A stretch of DNA of 16,160 bases, taken from the IMG/VR virus record IMGVR_UViG_2744054631_000001; one strand, 5' to 3'. The translations under genes were made by a program, and so were the position numbers. This document shows positions 8,781 to 16,160 of this stretch, in pieces (the stretch's first letter is position 1; each line of letters opens with the position of its first letter). The notes beneath the pieces are model-generated. The model was given only the letters and a program-made list of their open reading frames with translations. It did not search any database and had not been told where the DNA came from. Source of the stretch: a virus. Lineage: Duplodnaviria; Heunggongvirae; Uroviricota; Caudoviricetes.

Positions 8781-9113
8781 TTAAACGATGCTGATTGCCG
8801 TTCCGGCAAACGCGGTCCGTTTTTTCGTCTCGTCGCTGGCAGCCTCCGGCCAGAGCACATCCTCATAACGGAACGTGCCGGACTTGTAGAACGTCAGCGT
8901 GGTGCTGGTCTGGTCAGCAGCAACCGCCAGAATGCCAACGGCAGCACCGTCGGTGGTGCCATCCCACACAACCAGCTTACGGGTGGAGGTGTCCAGCATC
9001 AGCGGGGTCATTGCAGGCGCTTTCGCACTCAATCCGCCGGGCGCGGTTGCCGTATGTGCCGGGTCACTGTTGCCCAGCGGCTGGTAATGGGTAAAGGTTT
9101 CTTTGCTCGTCAT
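8781..9113 (-). CDS. D: head decoration protein D
   Basis: Track ORF is 8781..9119. I place the start at [27 protein letters not shown]... (110 aa, the lambda gpD length), 10 nt after the C stop with an AAGGGA Shine-Dalgarno. Confidence 0.9.
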   Translation of the reverse strand: MTSKETFTHYQPLGNSDPAHTATAPGGLSAKAPAMTPLMLDTSTRKLVVWDGTTDGAAVGILAVAADQTSTTLTFYKSGTFRYEDVLWPEAASDETKKRTAFAGTAISIV

Positions 9114-9122
9114 AAACATCCC

Positions 9123-9728
9123 TTACACTGGTGTGTTCAGCAAATCGTTAACGGCATCAGATGCCGGGTTACCTGCAGCCAGCGGTGCCGGTGCCCCCTG
9201 CATCAGACGATCCAGCGCAGTGTCACTGCGCGCCTGTGCACTCTGTGGTGCAGCTGCCAGAATGCGGCGGGCCGTTTCCACGGTCATACCGGGGGTTTCG
9301 GCCAGCACGCGTGCCTGTTCTTCGCGTCCGTGAGCCTCCTCACAGTTGAGGATCCCCATAATGCGGCTGTTTTCTGCCGCAACCGCTGCGGTGATCTGCG
9401 CGTTCACATCCGGCTGCGCCGCGCTGGCGTTTTTGCCCTCCGTCGCTTGCACCACGCCAGTAACGTCAGCCTGCGAAGCAGTGGCTGAAACAGTTGTTGA
9501 TTGAGTCTCTTTGGTCATTCGCCCTCCTGAGAGACGGGATTTACGTGTATCCAGTGCATCACGCATGACGGTGATCGCATCGGTACTGTTAACAAGTTCA
9601 TCAGCCAGTCCGGCATCAATGGCCTCCTGACCGCTGTACACTGCAGCCTCGGTATCCAGCACAGCCTGCACGGACAGGCCGGTATATGCCGATACCTTCT
9701 GTGCAAACATCCGGCGGGTTGCATCCAT
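9123..9728 (-). CDS. Nu3: scaffolding protein Nu3, nested in-frame in the 3' part of C
   Basis: An internal in-frame ATG at 9726-9728 (MDATRRMFAQKVSAYTGL...) lies 714 nt after the C start, as for lambda Nu3. It shares the C stop and has an acidic, Ala-rich composition typical of scaffolds. Confidence 0.6.
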   Translation of the reverse strand: MDATRRMFAQKVSAYTGLSVQAVLDTEAAVYSGQEAIDAGLADELVNSTDAITVMRDALDTRKSRLSGGRMTKETQSTTVSATASQADVTGVVQATEGKNASAAQPDVNAQITAAVAAENSRIMGILNCEEAHGREEQARVLAETPGMTVETARRILAAAPQSAQARSDTALDRLMQGAPAPLAAGNPASDAVNDLLNTPV

Positions 9729-10422
9729 CCGGGACTGCAGTGTTTCCCGGACATCATCCGGTAGATGGCTGTAGGGGTTGCCATCCACCTTATGGCTGCC
9801 GCTGTAAATCAGCGTGATTTCCACGCCCTGTTTCTCCAGCGCAGCGCCGTAATTACTGTGAGCCATCATGACGCCGATGGAGCCTGTCCGGGCGGTCTGC
9901 GTGACCAGACGCCGGGAGGCGGCACTGGCAAGCAGCTGACCTGCACTGCAGTTCATGTCGTTGGCCAGCGCCCATACCGGTTTTATGTCACGCACACGGG
10001 CGATGATGTCAGCGCAGTCAAATGCCCCCGCCACCATCCCGCCGGGCGTGTCCATATCGAGCAGAATGCCGTCCACCATCGGATCGCTGGCAGCCTGTTG
10101 CAGACGGGCGATAATGCCGTTGTAACCGGTCATCCCCGAATACGGCTGCAGCGCCCGCGTCCGGCTGACCAGCGTGCCGGAAACCGGCAGCACGGCGATG
10201 CCGTTCATGACCTGATAACTGCGGGCCTGTCGTGGTCCGTCATCATCACCGGATAACGCCAGCGTCGCGGGTGTCTCCGGGGCAGTCAGGCTGTCACCGG
10301 ACACCGCATCTGTCAGGCGGCTGATCCCAAGCTGGCCTGCTAGCGCACAAAAGAAAACCCGCGCATAGGCGGGTTCAAGCATCAGCGGCTCATTAAAGGC
10401 CATGCTGGCAATATGCGGGAGA

Positions 10423-10442
<20 letters not shown>
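9123..10442 (-). CDS. C: head maturation protease C
   Basis: Track ORF is 9123..10556. I place the start at the GTG of VTAELRNLPHIASMAFNEPLMLEP..., which is preceded by AGGAGG 6 nt upstream. This gives 439 aa (the lambda gpC length) and the lambda-like 20-nt overlap with the B stop. Confidence 0.85.
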
Positions 10443-14123
<3,681 letters not shown>

Positions 14124-14149
<26 letters not shown>

Positions 14150-14669
14150 TCAGCAACCCCGGTATCAGTTCATCCAGTGCGGCTGCTTTGTTCATGGCTT
14201 TGATGATATCCCGTTTCAGGAAATCAATATGTCGGTTTTCCAGTTCCGGAAAACGCCGCTGCACCGACAGGGGGATCCCGTCGAGAATACTGGCAATTTC
14301 ACCTGCGATCCGCGACAGCACGAAAGTACAGAATGCGGTTTCCACCACTTCAGCGGAGTCTCTGGCATTCTTCAGTTCCTGTGCGTCGGCCTGCGCACGC
14401 GTAAGTCGATGGCGTTCGTACTCAATAGTCCCTGGCTGGAGATCTGCCTCGCTGGCCTGCCGCAGTTCTTCAACCTCCCGGCGCAGCTTTTCGTTCTCAA
14501 TTTCAGCATCCCTTTCGGCATACCATTTTACAACGGCGGCAGAGTCATAAAGCACCTCATTACCCTTGCCACCGCCTCGCAGAACGGGCATTCCCTGCTC
14601 CTGCCAGTTCTGAATGGTACGGATACTCGCACCGAAAATGTCAGCCAGCTGCTTTTTGTTGACTTCCAT
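14124..14669 (-). CDS. Nu1: terminase small subunit Nu1
   Basis: 181-aa ORF (MEVNKKQLADIFGASIRTIQNWQEQGMPVLRGGGKGNEVLYDSAAV...) with an N-terminal winged-HTH DNA-binding region. It is the first gene downstream of cos, as in lambda. Confidence 0.92.
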
Positions 14670-14689
14670 TGTTCATTCCACGGCCAAAA

Positions 14690-14895
14690 ACAGAGAAAGG
14701 AAACGACAAAGGCCAAAAAGCCCGTTTTCAGCACCTGTCGCTTCCTTTCTTTTCAGAGGGTATTTTAAATAAAAACATTAAGTTATGACGAAGAAGAACG
14801 GAAACGCCTTAAACCGGAAAATTTTCATAAATAGCGAAAACCCGCGAGGTCGCCGCCCCGTAACCTGTCGGATCGCCGGAAAGGACCCGCAAAAT
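14690..14895 (-). other. cos packaging site (cosB with R-type terminase-binding repeats, cosN, cosQ)
   Basis: The plus strand reads aggtcgccgccc at about 14847-14858, the reverse complement of the lambda 12-nt cohesive end GGGCGGCGACCT. It is flanked by cgtaacctgtcg (right-end side). Nu1-binding-type repeats lie between cosN and Nu1: ggaaacgacaaagg at about 14698-14711, its inverted copy acctgtcgcttcc at about 14733-14745, and gacgaagaagaacggaaacgcc at about 14788-14809. Confidence 0.85.
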
Positions 14896-15057
14896 GATAA
14901 TAATTATCATCTGCATGTCACAACGTGCATCTACGCCATCAAACCACGTCAAATAATCAATTATGACGCAGGTATCATATTAATTGATCTGCATCAACTT
15001 AACGTAAAAACAACTTCAGACAATACAAATCAGCGACACTGAATACGGGACAACCTC

Positions 15058-15291
15058 ATGTCAACGAAGAACAGAACCCGCAGAACAACAACCCGCAACA
15101 TCCGCTTTCCTAACCAAATGATTGAACAAATTAACATCGCTCTTGATCAAAAAGGGTCCGGGAATTTCTCAGCCTGGGTCATTGAAGCCTGCCGCCGAAG
15201 ACTGTGCTCAGAAAAAAGAGTTTCGCCTGAAGCAAACAAAGAAAAGAGTGACATTACTGAATTGCTCAGAAAGCAGGTCAGACCAGATTGA
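15058..15291 (+). CDS. small hypothetical protein, possible ribbon-helix-helix DNA-binding protein
   Basis: 77-aa ORF on the strand opposite the late operon. After a very basic N-terminus (MSTKNRTRRTTTRN) it shows a beta-strand / helix / G-S-G turn / helix pattern (IRFPNQMIEQINIALDQKGSGNFSAWVIEACRRRL) resembling an RHH fold. The assignment rests on pattern only. Confidence 0.5.
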   Translation: MSTKNRTRRTTTRNIRFPNQMIEQINIALDQKGSGNFSAWVIEACRRRLCSEKRVSPEANKEKSDITELLRKQVRPD

Positions 15292-15348
15292 AGCAATTTA
15301 GATAATCGTGCAGACTAGGTACCTTCATATCACATGGAAGGTACTACA

Positions 15349-15759
15349 ATGGCTCAGGTTGCCATTTTTAAACAAATATTCGATAAAGTGCGAAATAATT
15401 TAAACTATCACTGGTTTTATTCTGAACTAAAACGTCACAATGTCTCACATTACATTTACTATTTAGCCACAGAGAATATTCATCTTGTTCTTGAAAACGA
15501 TAATACGGTTTTAATAAAAGGACAGGGTAAGGTTGTAAATGTAAGATTTTCAAAAAATAAATGCCTTATAGAAGCCACATTAAAAGGATTCAAATCAGGA
15601 GAGTTATCATTTTACGAATACAGGAAAAATCTTGCTACAGCAGGGGTTTTCAGATGGATTACAAATATCCACGAAAACAAAAGGTATTACTATACCTTTG
15701 ATAATTCATTACTCTTTACTGAGAACATTCAGAACACTACACAAATATTTCCGCACTAA
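15349..15759 (+). CDS. hypothetical protein from an AT-rich accessory (moron-like) gene
   Basis: Track ORF is 15334..15759. The likely start is the second ATG ([17 protein letters not shown]...), preceded by GGAAGG about 8 nt upstream. The region is markedly AT-rich and rich in Asn/Tyr/Lys/Ile compared with the GC-rich structural genes. It may correspond to the uncharacterised protein family found beside bor in lambdoid prophages, but I recall this only vaguely. Confidence 0.55.
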   Translation: MAQVAIFKQIFDKVRNNLNYHWFYSELKRHNVSHYIYYLATENIHLVLENDNTVLIKGQGKVVNVRFSKNKCLIEATLKGFKSGELSFYEYRKNLATAGVFRWITNIHENKRYYYTFDNSLLFTENIQNTTQIFPH

Positions 15760-16160
15760 ATCATAACGTCCGGTTTCTTCCGTGCCAGAACCGGACTCGC
15801 TGGCATGATGAAATATGTGTACCCGGTAACCCCGGTGTGCATCGTTTTTGATTATTCCCGCACACTCGCGCAGAAGGAGTTCCCCGTCGGGCTACGGTCT
15901 CTGTTAATACGGGAATACGGCGACGATACAGCGCATGATGTGTCAGGCTTGAATACCTTTATCCTTTAAAAGGGATATCAGTTAAGTTATCCCGTGTAGG
16001 TATAAGCCATTATCAAAGCCACTCTGTAGGGAATGGCTTTTGTGATGGCATCACTTACTCTTTACGCTGCTATCCCACTCATCCCGGAATTTTGATGGGT
16101 TATTGAAACCTTCTGCTGACATAACAACTCCTTCAATGTTTGAACCGCCCCGGAAATCCT

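Noticed and set aside
9765-10256. 163-aa plus-strand ORF antisense to C, with similar antisense ORFs in B and A (11590..12030, 12518..12994, 13730..14089)
   Set aside because: Same reasoning: antisense shadows of confidently assigned head genes, with no independent signals.
14229-14768. 179-aa plus-strand ORF antisense to Nu1 and extending into cosB
   Set aside because: Antisense to a confidently assigned gene and overlapping terminase-binding sites; no support for coding.
14785-15042. 85-aa plus-strand ORF spanning cos
   Set aside because: It crosses cosN, which is cut in virion DNA, and covers the terminase-binding and cosQ elements. The region is non-coding in lambda-type phages and the ORF has no ribosome-binding site.

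Overview
This window is the late (head and tail morphogenesis) region of a lambda-type siphovirus or prophage. All structural genes lie on the minus strand in the canonical lambda order: I (start only), K, L, M, H, T, G, V, U, Z, FII, FI, E, D, C/Nu3, B, W, A, Nu1. They are followed by the cos packaging site (cosN about 14847-14858) and then an AT-rich right-arm accessory region carrying two plus-strand ORFs. The proteins look near-identical to phage lambda from memory, not from a database search; gene lengths and spacings match lambda except for H (848 aa here, 853 recalled). The main anomaly is that the major capsid gene E is broken by loss of one base in a homopolymer run. I found no rRNA, tRNA, CRISPR array, IS element, integrase or att site. 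I do not see a clearly novel system: the right-arm two-gene cassette is the only place where unexplored function seems plausible, and it is probably a known but uncharacterised lambdoid accessory ('moron') region. Coordinates come from the supplied ORF track where possible; elements read by eye may be off by a base.
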